NCBI GenBank assembly: GCA_947085435.1
Contig: CAMTWL010000031.1
Location: 76,278-140,277, forward strand
Direction of reading: 5' to 3'
Length of the DNA stretch: 64,000 nucleotides
Source of the DNA: an uncultured Phycisphaerae bacterium
GTDB taxonomy: Bacteria; Planctomycetota; Phycisphaerae; Phycisphaerales; UBA1924
The position numbers were made by a program, and so were the translations under genes. Under the pieces are notes generated by a model. That model searched no databases. It saw nothing but the letters and a program-made list of their open reading frames with translations, and had not been told where the DNA came from. Position 1 is the stretch's first letter, and each line of letters starts with the position of its first letter. Shown here piece after piece: positions 28,613-37,286 of the stretch.

Positions 28613-30412
28613 TCATTTTTCTTCGCTCTTCCTGTTCCAGACTGCGCCGCACGCCAGGATCGCCATCCCGGCAAAGCAGGTCCAGCCTACTCCGTTGCCG
28701 AACCTGGCATAGATCGTCATTCGGCGGGGTTGAACGTCGAAATCCGCGATGAGGACGCCGGGTTGCCTTGCCGGCAGGCTGGAAATCACCCGGCCGTCGG
28801 CGTCGATGGCGGCGCTGAGGCCGGTGTTGACGGCCCGGAGCATGGGGGTGCCGAGTTCCAGCGCCCGCCAGCGGCATTGGAGGACGAGGTTGTCGCGCCC
28901 GGCGTCGTACCACGCGAACCAGCCGTCGTTGGAGAGGTTGATGAAGAGGTCGGCCCGGCGCTCGCCGTTATTTTGCGCGAGGCGGCGCATGTGGCGGGAA
29001 TAGGTTGACTCGAAGCAGATGGGGGTGGCGATGCGGACGGTCTTTGGTGGGCCGGTCGCCGCGGCGACCGGGTCTGATTGGATTTCAAGGACCGTCGGAT
29101 TTTTTCCCGCTTCAAGATCGAACGTCAATCCGCGTCCGCCGAGCGCGAGGAGCTGCCTCTCCAGCCAATCCCAGTTGGAGATATAGGGCATGACCTCGCC
29201 GAAGGGCATGAGTTGCATCTTGTCGTAGCGTGTCTCTTCGACGACGCCGTTGCGGACCATGAAGGCGCTGTTGTAGAGGGCGTCCTGCTTGATGTTCACC
29301 TTGCCGTCCGGCGCAACGTCGATCCTTAGCCCCTCGGCGGCCGTCGCGCCGACGAGCATGGGGATGCCGATCTCTTTCTGGAGTTCGAGGATCGCGTCGT
29401 AGAAGACGGTGGTTGGGATGTTGCCGGGGTATGCGAGGCTGGCGGCGCGTTCGGCGGCGACGGCGCTGGGGTTGAGGGCGTAGCCGGGGAACATGGTTTC
29501 GGGCCAGACGATGAGGGACGGCTTCGGCGCTTGCTCGGCGGCCTCGCGGGTGAGGTTGCAGAAGTCGCGGAAGTCTTCGAGGCGCTGGTCGATTGTTTGG
29601 CTCGTGCGGTTGTCTTGAGATACGTTGGTTTGGATTGCGGTGATGCGGAGCGCGGGTGCATGGGCGACGGTGGGTGAAGTGCCGCGTGGGAAGAGGAACG
29701 CAAAGAGTGCGGTGAGGCACGCCGTCGCATATAGGATTCGGCGCACCGGTGCGATTGTCCGTGGCTGCGGAGCACCCCTTCGGGGTGCTGAAGAGGTTTG
29801 GGGGGACAGGTTTCCGGGGGTTACGCTCGAAGACTCGCTAGACCCCCGGCTACTGTAGATCAGCCCTTCGGGCTGAAGAAGGCGATGCGGGATGGAGGCC
29901 GTCACCACGGCGTTGACCAGAAGCCCAACGCCATAGATGCCAACAACCGGCGCGGCCCACGCGATCATCCGATCGATCAGCGGATGCGCGATCAGATACT
30001 GCGCATACCCATCCCACACCACTTCGCCGCGCAGCACTTCGAGTCCCGTCCAAAGAACCGGCGCGGCGAGGTACAGCGGCAGCCTCGGCGATCGGCGGTG
30101 GACGCGCGCCAGCATCCACACGAAGAGGCCGGGGTACAGCGCGAGGTAGAGGGAGAGCGGGACGAACGCGGCTTCGGTCATGGCCCAGGTGAACTGGTGG
30201 TGATACGCCCACATGGGGACGGTGCCGAGGGCCGCGCCGAGGGCGGCGCGGGCCGGTCGGTCAGCCCGGACGGCGGCGAGGATCAGCGGGATCGGCGCGA
30301 GGAGTGCGAGGAACCACCATCCGAAGGGTGGGAAGGCGAGGCCGAAGAGGACACCGTGGATGAGTCCGAGAAGCAAGCCGGCGCGGAGGGGATGGCGTTT
30401 GGTATCCGTCAC
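28613..30412 (-). CDS. lnt: apolipoprotein N-acyltransferase Lnt, carrying an in-frame repeat-element insertion
   Basis: 599 aa. N-terminal polytopic membrane domain, CN-hydrolase domain (E..K..C triad region: PETMFPGY...KMQLMPFGE...ATPICFES) and a final TM. A roughly 38-aa linker (LQPEGLIYSSRGSSESSSVTPGNLSPQTSSAPRRGAPQ) is encoded by the family-B element. Confidence 0.85.
   Translation of the reverse strand: MTDTKRHPLRAGLLLGLIHGVLFGLAFPPFGWWFLALLAPIPLILAAVRADRPARAALGAALGTVPMWAYHHQFTWAMTEAAFVPLSLYLALYPGLFVWMLARVHRRSPRLPLYLAAPVLWTGLEVLRGEVVWDGYAQYLIAHPLIDRMIAWAAPVVGIYGVGLLVNAVVTASIPHRLLQPEGLIYSSRGSSESSSVTPGNLSPQTSSAPRRGAPQPRTIAPVRRILYATACLTALFAFLFPRGTSPTVAHAPALRITAIQTNVSQDNRTSQTIDQRLEDFRDFCNLTREAAEQAPKPSLIVWPETMFPGYALNPSAVAAERAASLAYPGNIPTTVFYDAILELQKEIGIPMLVGATAAEGLRIDVAPDGKVNIKQDALYNSAFMVRNGVVEETRYDKMQLMPFGEVMPYISNWDWLERQLLALGGRGLTFDLEAGKNPTVLEIQSDPVAAATGPPKTVRIATPICFESTYSRHMRRLAQNNGERRADLFINLSNDGWFAWYDAGRDNLVLQCRWRALELGTPMLRAVNTGLSAAIDADGRVISSLPARQPGVLIADFDVQPRRMTIYARFGNGVGWTCFAGMAILACGAVWNRKSEEK
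29770..29885. mobile_element. family-B MITE-like element inserted in-frame within lnt
   Basis: ccttcggggtgctgaagaggtttggggggacaggtttccgggggttacgctcgaagactcgctagacccccggctactgtagatcagcccttcgggctgaag is a near-identical copy of the intergenic elements. It lies between the Lnt membrane and nitrilase domains and has no stop codon. Confidence 0.75.
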
Positions 30413-31045
30413 GGTGCGAGTCTAATGCGGATCGTCGGCGAAATTGGGAGGTGATGAGTGGACGCGGCAGGGGGCGTAGCACTGGCGGATCCCGGCGCGC
30501 CGGGACCAGTGGCACCTAACGCCGTGAACTGAATCATCCGCTTTCGTGCGATTCGCGTGCCCCGCTGGGGCACAAAAGACTGAAAATGCAGCCATTTCCA
30601 GACCCGCGCCGAAGACGGCGGGGTCTGGCAACACGCGCCCGCCGCGTTGCGGCGAAAACACCGAAAAATCCAGTGTCTTCGTGATGTTCTCGTTTGTTCG
30701 AGTTCACGGCGTTGGTTGGCACCTGAAATCCGACACTTCGCCCGGAGCGGCTCAGTGTCGACTTCTCAAATGTCAGGCGGTTTCCCTACCCAAACCCACA
30801 TTATCCGGACTATTTCTGACCTTTCTTCGCTTTTTGCCGATTTTACTTGCCTGAATCATGGTTCTGAGGCATGTTTGAGCGGTGAATGTCAGTGATCGGC
30901 TCGATTTTTCTGCCGTGGCGCGCCGGTTTGTGTCGGTTGCGTCGCTGACCCCTGCGGGAGTATCGGCTGTGCCCAGTGTCCCCTGGGCGGTCAGGTTCAA
31001 CGGCCGACAGAGTTTGAGAGTGAATCACCCAAGGAGTTTCGAGAA

Positions 31046-32113
31046 ATGAAGCGTAGTTTCAAGGCCGTCATCGCCGGCGCGTTCGCGGGTCTCGTGATCG
31101 CGGCGTCCGCATCCGCGCAACTTGTTCCCCTCCCGCTCGTCACCTGGAAGTACCAGCAGCCCTGGACCAAACCGTGGCACGCGTTCGTCTCCATCGTGCG
31201 TGACTGCCAAGGCAATCCCATGCAGTTCCCGGCCGGCGTGGCCCCCATCGCCGCCGACGACTGGATTTGCACGGCTTCCGGCCCCATCGTCCGCATCCAG
31301 TGGTGGGGCGTCTCGCCCCAGCCCTTGCAGACTCCCAATCGTCAGTTCCTCATCCGCATCTTCACTGACGCGAACTGCCGCCCGGCAAACCTCGTGTACT
31401 CGACCTGCGTCCTCGCCACGAACCAGTATGTGAACATCGATTGCCGTCAGCGCAGGGTGCATCGGTTCAGCGCGAACCTCCCGACCGGAGCGTTGGGCTT
31501 CAGCCAGGTCGCGGGCACGCACTACTGGCTCTCGATCGCCGAGGTTGACGGCGTCGCGGGCGCGATCCAGAGCCCGACGCTCAACGCAGTGGACTTCATG
31601 TGGTCCGCGCACCGGAACACGAAGAACTGCCCGGCTTTGCAGCGTCTCCCCGGCCCCGTGTTCATCCAGCCGCTCCTCGACGCCTGCGACCAACTCGAGG
31701 AAGACCTCTCCTTCGTGCTCTACCGCAGCGCGATCATCGTCAATGTGCCCAACAATCCCGCGGGCCTGATCGGCCTGCCGCGCCCGGTCTATGTCGCCGA
31801 GTTCCGCAAGCAGGGCGACCCGAACACCATCGAACACGTCGAGTGCTTCACCCCGGATAGCGACGGCTCCGCGAGCCTCCATCCCGAACTCGCCCCCGGC
31901 ATGTACCAGGTCGCGATCCGCGGCGGGTCGCGCCGCACCTCGTTCTTTGACATCTTTGTCGAAGTTTCCCTGCCCGGCGCTGCCGGCGGCGGCGGCGCGG
32001 CCGACTACTTCATCGACCTCGGCAACGTGGCCGGCCCCCCCGGCGACGTGGACGGCGACGGCGACACCGACTTCGCCGATCTCACCGGCGTCCTCGCCAA
32101 CTGGCGCCCGTAA
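31046..32113 (+). CDS. secreted protein of unknown function with a C-terminal dockerin-like tag (paralog A)
   Basis: 355 aa. AAGGAG SD and a signal peptide ending ASASAQ. C-terminus GDVDGDGDTDFADLTGVLANWRP (dockerin/EF-hand-like Ca-binding repeat). Confidence 0.7.
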   Translation: MKRSFKAVIAGAFAGLVIAASASAQLVPLPLVTWKYQQPWTKPWHAFVSIVRDCQGNPMQFPAGVAPIAADDWICTASGPIVRIQWWGVSPQPLQTPNRQFLIRIFTDANCRPANLVYSTCVLATNQYVNIDCRQRRVHRFSANLPTGALGFSQVAGTHYWLSIAEVDGVAGAIQSPTLNAVDFMWSAHRNTKNCPALQRLPGPVFIQPLLDACDQLEEDLSFVLYRSAIIVNVPNNPAGLIGLPRPVYVAEFRKQGDPNTIEHVECFTPDSDGSASLHPELAPGMYQVAIRGGSRRTSFFDIFVEVSLPGAAGGGGAADYFIDLGNVAGPPGDVDGDGDTDFADLTGVLANWRP

Positions 32114-32153
32114 CCCCGCGGCACCCGGCGAAGCCGTCCCAACTGATCGCCAA

Positions 32154-32179
32154 GGGGACCGAACAAACGTTCGGTCCCC
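32154..32179 (+). terminator. intrinsic terminator hairpin
   Basis: GGGGACCGAAC-aaac-GTTCGGTCCCC perfect 11-bp stem followed by TGATTCGTT, 40 bp after the paralog A stop. Confidence 0.6.
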
Positions 32180-32319
32180 TGATTCGTTGACGCCCGCGGC
32201 GCGCCGGATTTCAGCGCCGCCGACGCTTTCCAGACGGGAGAATCGGCCGCGCCCCCCGTTCCCAGGGGCACATGGTTCGGCGGCCGTCAGCATCATCGCC
32301 CACGCAAGGAGTTCTCTTT

Positions 32320-33342
32320 ATGTCTCGCAGCCTCAAGTCTCTCGCGTTCGCCGCGCTCGCAGGGCTGGTCTGTACGGTCTCGGCCTCGGCCCAGATCATC
32401 GGCATCCCGCTCGTGACCTGGAAGTACCAGCAGCCCTGGACCGCGCCGTGGCACTCGCACGATTCCGTCGTCCGCGATTGCAACGGCGGCCCGGTCCCGT
32501 TCGCACCCATCGCCATGGACGACTGGATCTGCACCGCCAGCGGTCCGATCATTCGACTCCGCTGGTGGGGCACGTCGCCCCAGCCGAACCAGGTGCCCAA
32601 CCGGCAGTTCCTGATCCGCATCTTCTCCGGGACCACCGCTTCGTGCCAGCCGGGCAACCTGCTCTATTCGGTGTGCGTCCTGGCGACCAATCAGCAGGTC
32701 GGGATCGACTGCCGCGACCGCCGCGTCATTCGCTTCCAGGCCAACCTCCCGACCCCCTTCACCCAGATCGCCGGCAACCGCTACTGGCTCCAGATCTCGG
32801 AGGTTGACGGCGTGGCCGGCGCCATGCAGAGCCCGACCCTGAACGCCGTGGACTTCAGGTGGTCCGCCCACCGCAACGTCAAGAACTGCCCGGCCCTCCA
32901 GCGCACACCCGCGGGCGTCTTCATCCAGCCTCTGCTCGATGCCTGCGACAACCTCCAGGACGATCTCGCGTTCGTTCTCTACCGCTCGACGATCGCCGTG
33001 GCTGTCCCGGCTCCGATCGTGAACCCGACCGCGGTCCTCCCGCGCCCCGTCTACATCGCGGAGTTCCGCAGGCAGAGCACCGGCCAGATGGAATGGAGCG
33101 AATGCTTCACCCCTGATGACGACGGCTCCGCGTCGCTCCAGCCCGAACTGGCCCCGGGCATGTACCAGGTTGCGATCCGCGGCGGATCGTTCCGCCCCGC
33201 CTTCTTCGACATCTTCGTGGACCTCGAAGGCAACTACATGTACAACCTCGGAAACGTGGCCGTGGCCGCCGGCGACGTTGACGGCGACGGCGACACCGAC
33301 TTCGCGGATCTCACCGGCGTGCTGGCCAACTGGCGTCCGTAA
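32320..33342 (+). CDS. secreted protein with a C-terminal dockerin-like tag (paralog B, about 75 % identical to A)
   Basis: 340 aa from ATG 32320 (AAGGAG SD). Shares the WKYQQPW, DDWICTASGPI..WWG motifs and an identical C-terminal 23 aa with paralog A. Confidence 0.7.
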   Translation: MSRSLKSLAFAALAGLVCTVSASAQIIGIPLVTWKYQQPWTAPWHSHDSVVRDCNGGPVPFAPIAMDDWICTASGPIIRLRWWGTSPQPNQVPNRQFLIRIFSGTTASCQPGNLLYSVCVLATNQQVGIDCRDRRVIRFQANLPTPFTQIAGNRYWLQISEVDGVAGAMQSPTLNAVDFRWSAHRNVKNCPALQRTPAGVFIQPLLDACDNLQDDLAFVLYRSTIAVAVPAPIVNPTAVLPRPVYIAEFRRQSTGQMEWSECFTPDDDGSASLQPELAPGMYQVAIRGGSFRPAFFDIFVDLEGNYMYNLGNVAVAAGDVDGDGDTDFADLTGVLANWRP

Positions 33343-33375
33343 GACCGTTTGTCGCTGATCCATGATTGCGTGTGC

Positions 33376-33409
33376 GAGGGCCGGACGAATGTCCGGCCCT
33401 CGCTTTTTC
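33376..33409 (+). terminator. intrinsic terminator
   Basis: GAGGGCCGGAC-gaat-GTCCGGCCCTC followed by GCTTTTTCG, 34 bp after the paralog B stop. Confidence 0.7.
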
Positions 33410-33538
33410 GTAACTCTTCAGCCCCCTGCGATGACCGGTGCCGGCAGCGCGGGCGCGATCGGCGCTTCGCCCGGAGGGCGCTCGCAACGAACGCGCGCCC
33501 AAGGGGCGAAAAGGCGTTGCAGACGGCTGAAGAGTTAC
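33410..33538. mobile_element. short MITE (129 bp) with 15-bp TIRs GTAACTCTTCAGCNN.../...GCTGAAGAGTTAC and a 7/8 target-site duplication
   Basis: TIRs read directly. Flanks are gctttttc | ... | gcttcttc. Inserted immediately after the terminator T-run. Confidence 0.75.
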
Positions 33539-33646
33539 GCTTCTTCTATTCGGGTGGTACGGCCGCGCACATTTCGCGCCGAAATATTCGTGTTCGTCGG
33601 CGAATAACCGTTGACGGACGGCGACATGGTTGAAGAGGGTGGTAAG

Positions 33647-33949
33647 ATGTTGCTCGTCATGAAGATCGACGGCCCGACCAACCCGTTCCACATCTCTCGC
33701 GCGTACGGCGTGCGGTTGCCGGCGCGGGCGATCGAGCCGCTCCGTGTCGGACCCGCTCCGGCGGCGAGCGTCGAAGTCAACAACGCGTCGCGGCTGGTTG
33801 CGGCGTCGGTGCCGGGTCGCGTGGATTTTTCGGGTGATGTGCCGAGGCCTTCGGACTCGGCGGCGATCCCGATGTACCGTCACCCGGCGGACCGCAACGC
33901 GGCGGCGACGGCGGTCACCGCCGGTCGCACCATCGACGTGCGCGGTTGA
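33647..33949 (+). CDS. hypothetical protein
   Basis: 100-aa ORF with a GAGGGTGG SD before ATG 33647. No family. Could be non-coding. Confidence 0.3.
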   Translation: MLLVMKIDGPTNPFHISRAYGVRLPARAIEPLRVGPAPAASVEVNNASRLVAASVPGRVDFSGDVPRPSDSAAIPMYRHPADRNAAATAVTAGRTIDVRG

Positions 33950-33955
33950 GCCCGA

Positions 33956-34030
33956 GCATTCACCACGGAGTCGCGGAGGACGCCGAGTAGAACACCGACA
34001 GCCACAGATGACCCAGATAAGCCCAGATAG
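33956..34030. repeat. family-A arm (outer plus inner arm) whose partner at 34330-34360 is separated by a MITE insertion
   Basis: cattcaccacggagtcgcggaggacgccgag...ccacagatgacccagataagcccagatagcgg, with partner ctcatctgggtccatctgggtcatctgtggc at 34330-34360. Confidence 0.7.
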
Positions 34031-34056
34031 CGGAGCAGGGCAACCAAGGGATTTCG

Positions 34057-34294
34057 TATCTCTTCAGCGGAATGCAACGGCTTCCAAGCCTTCCCCAAAC
34101 GGAAGCGTGTTTCTTGTTCCGATCGCGTGGCGCCCCTTCGGGGTTCGGAAGAGGGTTAGTGGGGTTGCTTTCCGGGGGTGTCGAATCCCGGCGCGCCGGG
34201 ACACCCCCGGCTACTCTAGACCAGCCCTTCGGGCTGAAGATCAATTCATCTCAACACAATACGAACCTCCGCTTGCAAACGGCTGAAGAGTCAC
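34057..34294. mobile_element. full-length MITE (about 238 bp): TIRs GTATCTCTTCAGCGG / CGGCTGAAGAGTCAC enclosing the family-B core; 7/8 TSD
   Basis: Flanks gggatttc | ... | ggcatttc. The internal sequence is colinear with the copies at 45058 and 54811. Confidence 0.75.
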
Positions 34295-34411
34295 GGCATT
34301 TCAAACCCCGAATCTGGATCACTCCGGTCTCATCTGGGTCCATCTGGGTCATCTGTGGCATCTCTTCCAACTCGGTCGCCTCCGTGGCGAAAGGGAAGGT
34401 ATTCTTGGCGG

Positions 34412-35626
34412 ATGCGAAGTGACCTCCCCACGCCGCGCTTCAGCGTGTACGCCAAGTCGTGGATCCTCGATCCGCAGGTGGTGTTCCTGAATCACGGGTC
34501 GTACGGGGCGTGCCCGCAGCGGGTGCTGGAGTTTCAGCGGCATATTCAAGAGAAGATGGAGCGCGAGCCGTTGCGGTTCATGGGGACCGAACTGGAGCCG
34601 ATGCTCGATGCTGCTCGCGCGGACCTCGCGGCGTTCGTGAACGCCGATCCCGAAGGACTCGCGTTTGTCCACAACGCGACCAGCGCCGTGAACGCCGTGT
34701 TCCGCTCGATCGAGTTCAAGCCCGGCGACGAGGTGCTGACCAACAACCACGAGTACAACGCCTGCAACAACGCGCTCCGGTGGGTGGTGGGGCGCGAGTG
34801 CGGCGGGCAGGTGAAGATCAATACTGCGGAGGTGCCGTTCCCGCTGAAGTCGGCGGACGAGGTGGTGAGCGCAATCATGGGCGCGGTCACGCCGAGGACG
34901 CGGCTGGTGATGATCAGCCATGTGACCAGCCCGACGGCGCTCGTCTTCCCGATCGAGCGGCTCGTGAAGGGACTCGCGGCGCTCGGCGTGGACACCCTGA
35001 TCGACGGCGCGCACGCGCCGGGGATGGTCCCGCTGGACCTGAAATCGCTGGGCGCGACCTATTACGTCGGCAACTGCCACAAGTGGATGTGCTCGCCGAA
35101 GGGTGCCGGGTTTTTATACGTTCACGATTCGGCGCGGCGCGAGACGACCTCGCCCGTGGTCATCTCGCACGGGTTGAACTCGACTCGGAAGGATCGCTCG
35201 CGGTATCGGCTGCTCTTTGATTGGACGGGGACCGACGATTACACGGCGTGGCTGAGCGTGCCGGAGGCCATCCGCGCGATCGGGTCGATGATGCCGGGCG
35301 GCTGGCCCGCGGTGCTGGAATCAAATCACCGCAAGGTGCTGGCGGGGCGGGACACGCTGCTGCGGGTGCTGGGGGTGCCGGGGGGCGAGGTGCAAGCACC
35401 TGACTCGATGCTGGGTTCGCTCGCCACGGTGCCGCTGCCGGACGCGGTGAATGCGGAGGGGCAGCCGGATGAGCAACTCAGGGACCTGTACACCGTCCAC
35501 AAGGTCCAAGTGCCGGTGATCTCGCGGTATCACCCGAAGCGTTGGGTGCGGCTGTCGGCGCAGTTGTACAACGATGCGTCGCAGTACGAGTACGCGGCGG
35601 CGGTGCTGAAGCAACTGGTTTTGTGA
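34412..35626 (+). CDS. class-V aminotransferase (isopenicillin-N epimerase/cysteine desulfurase-like PLP enzyme)
   Basis: 404 aa from ATG 34412. FLNHGSYGACP, the HNATSAVN...GDEVL region, and the PLP-lysine motif NCHKWMCSPKGAGFLYV. Confidence 0.8.
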   Translation: MRSDLPTPRFSVYAKSWILDPQVVFLNHGSYGACPQRVLEFQRHIQEKMEREPLRFMGTELEPMLDAARADLAAFVNADPEGLAFVHNATSAVNAVFRSIEFKPGDEVLTNNHEYNACNNALRWVVGRECGGQVKINTAEVPFPLKSADEVVSAIMGAVTPRTRLVMISHVTSPTALVFPIERLVKGLAALGVDTLIDGAHAPGMVPLDLKSLGATYYVGNCHKWMCSPKGAGFLYVHDSARRETTSPVVISHGLNSTRKDRSRYRLLFDWTGTDDYTAWLSVPEAIRAIGSMMPGGWPAVLESNHRKVLAGRDTLLRVLGVPGGEVQAPDSMLGSLATVPLPDAVNAEGQPDEQLRDLYTVHKVQVPVISRYHPKRWVRLSAQLYNDASQYEYAAAVLKQLVL

Positions 35627-35651
35627 GCGTGTCCGGGTCGGGCCGGGGCCG

Positions 35652-36116
35652 CTACTCCGGGACTTCGAGCGCGTGCAGCGCGACCGCCGCCTCGTCCCAA
35701 CGGTCGTTCACTTCCTGGATGCTGGCGTCCGCGTCGGCGGAAATCGCTGAGGTCGCCTCTGCGGGAGAGCCGTACTTGACCAGGCCGCGCAGGCCGTTGG
35801 TCTCGGTGGTGTCGATCTTCGCGCGCGTCACGTTGGCGTGGTTCATGCCCGTCGTGATCGACTTGGCGATGTACGCGTTGATCAGCTCGGCCGACTGGCC
35901 CTTGGCGACCATCTTCCCAACCTTGACGGCGCACTTGGCGGCCAGGCGGTCGATCTTCTTGTCGTAACTCAGCACGGTCTTGTCGTACTTCACGAGCGTC
36001 TTGGCGACGATCTTGGCGACCTTGGCTTCGTCCTGCGCGTGGACCGGCGCGGCAAGGAACGCGAGCGCGACGGCCGCGACCACAAGGGACATGAACGATC
36101 GGATGCTGAGACTCAT
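35652..36116 (-). CDS. small secreted alpha-helical protein of unknown function
   Basis: 154 aa from ATG 36116 (AAGGAG SD). MSLSIRSFMSLVVAAVALAFLAAPVHAQ signal peptide. Lys/Ala-rich helical repeats. Confidence 0.55.
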   Translation of the reverse strand: MSLSIRSFMSLVVAAVALAFLAAPVHAQDEAKVAKIVAKTLVKYDKTVLSYDKKIDRLAAKCAVKVGKMVAKGQSAELINAYIAKSITTGMNHANVTRAKIDTTETNGLRGLVKYGSPAEATSAISADADASIQEVNDRWDEAAVALHALEVPE

Positions 36117-36212
36117 CGGGGCTCTCCTTCGTGCGTCGGACGGTGCCTGTGCGGGGTCCGCGTCGGCGGGTTTATCGTAGGTCTGTTCGAGCGGAGCGTC
36201 CACCCGGTTCCG

Positions 36213-36285
36213 ACGTGGCACGCCCTTTCCAGGGCGTGGGGGCTAACCGACACGGGCTGGAAAGCCCGTGCCACTTCAAACTGGG
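36213..36285. repeat. family-C palindromic element
   Basis: gtggcacgccctttccagggcgtgggggctaaccgacacgggctggaaagcccgtgccacttcaaactggg. Confidence 0.8.
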
Positions 36286-36464
36286 ACGCAGCCGAGCCTT
36301 CGCTCGAAGACTCCCGCCGCGGCGGGCAGGCTGCTCAGACTCGGCTTCTAATCGAGAAGAACAGAAAAAAACGGCCGTCGGGGAGTGCCCGACGGCCGTC
36401 GCCCCGCAAGCGGTGTCGCGCCCGCACAAGCACGCGGCCGCCTGGGGGTCATTCCCTTCGGGTT

Positions 36465-36908
36465 TTAGGGCTCGATGCCCGCGTCAGAGAGGGCCTGGTC
36501 GAGGTCCGCGAGGCACTCCGTGAGGTGCTGGTCGATCCGCACCTCGACGCGGCGCGCGGTGAAGTCGAGGGCGAACATGATCGTGCCCGCGTTCTCGGCC
36601 GTGGCGAACTTCGCTTCGAGCGAGCCGTGCATCTTGTCGAGGCTTGCGTGCGCCTTGCTCGCGATGGACGCCAGTTGCGCGCGGGCACGATCCGCCGCGG
36701 CGACGGCCTTTTCCGTCTTGCCCTTCGCGGCGGCTTTGTCGATCGCAGCGTCGGCGGAGGCGACCGCTTTCTGGGAGCGAGCGAGGGCGGCGTCGCCGAT
36801 GCGGTTGAGTTTGCCGATCGGTGGCGACGGCACGGCGGCGAACGCCGACGTTGCGAGGACGAGGATGATCGCGGCGGAACGGACGAGGGTGGTGGTTGAA
36901 AAGGCCAT
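36465..36908 (-). CDS. small secreted alpha-helical protein of unknown function (weak paralog of 35652-36116)
   Basis: 147 aa from ATG 36908 (AGGAG SD). Signal peptide MAFSTTTLVRSAAIILVLATSAFA. Ala/Lys-rich helices. Confidence 0.55.
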   Translation of the reverse strand: MAFSTTTLVRSAAIILVLATSAFAAVPSPPIGKLNRIGDAALARSQKAVASADAAIDKAAAKGKTEKAVAAADRARAQLASIASKAHASLDKMHGSLEAKFATAENAGTIMFALDFTARRVEVRIDQHLTECLADLDQALSDAGIEP

Positions 36909-37286
36909 GGGATGCTCCTGTTGATCCGAGAACCCCGCCGAGCCGGTCGCCGCGGCGACCGGCGCGGCGGGCCGCCTCGTGGATCGACGGGCGAAGGGAG
37001 CACGTTCAAGCGTCGGCGCTTTCCGGGTTGAGCGGGGCGTTGGTGGCGCGGATGGGTGAAGGGGCAAGGATTGCGCCCGGGCTGATAAAGAGGCGAGTGC
37101 GGAGTATCGGGCGGGTGGTTCTCGGGGCAGGCCGGCACCGTTCCGCTCACTTCGTTCGGGGCTCGTATGAGGGGTCATTGCATTCTGCCGAACAATTAAA
37201 AGGATTCAAGGGTGATCGGTGAAAAGAAAAAAACCGCGCCCTCGGGGGCGCGGCTCGTTGCGATTCTTCGGATCGATCGAGGCGGA

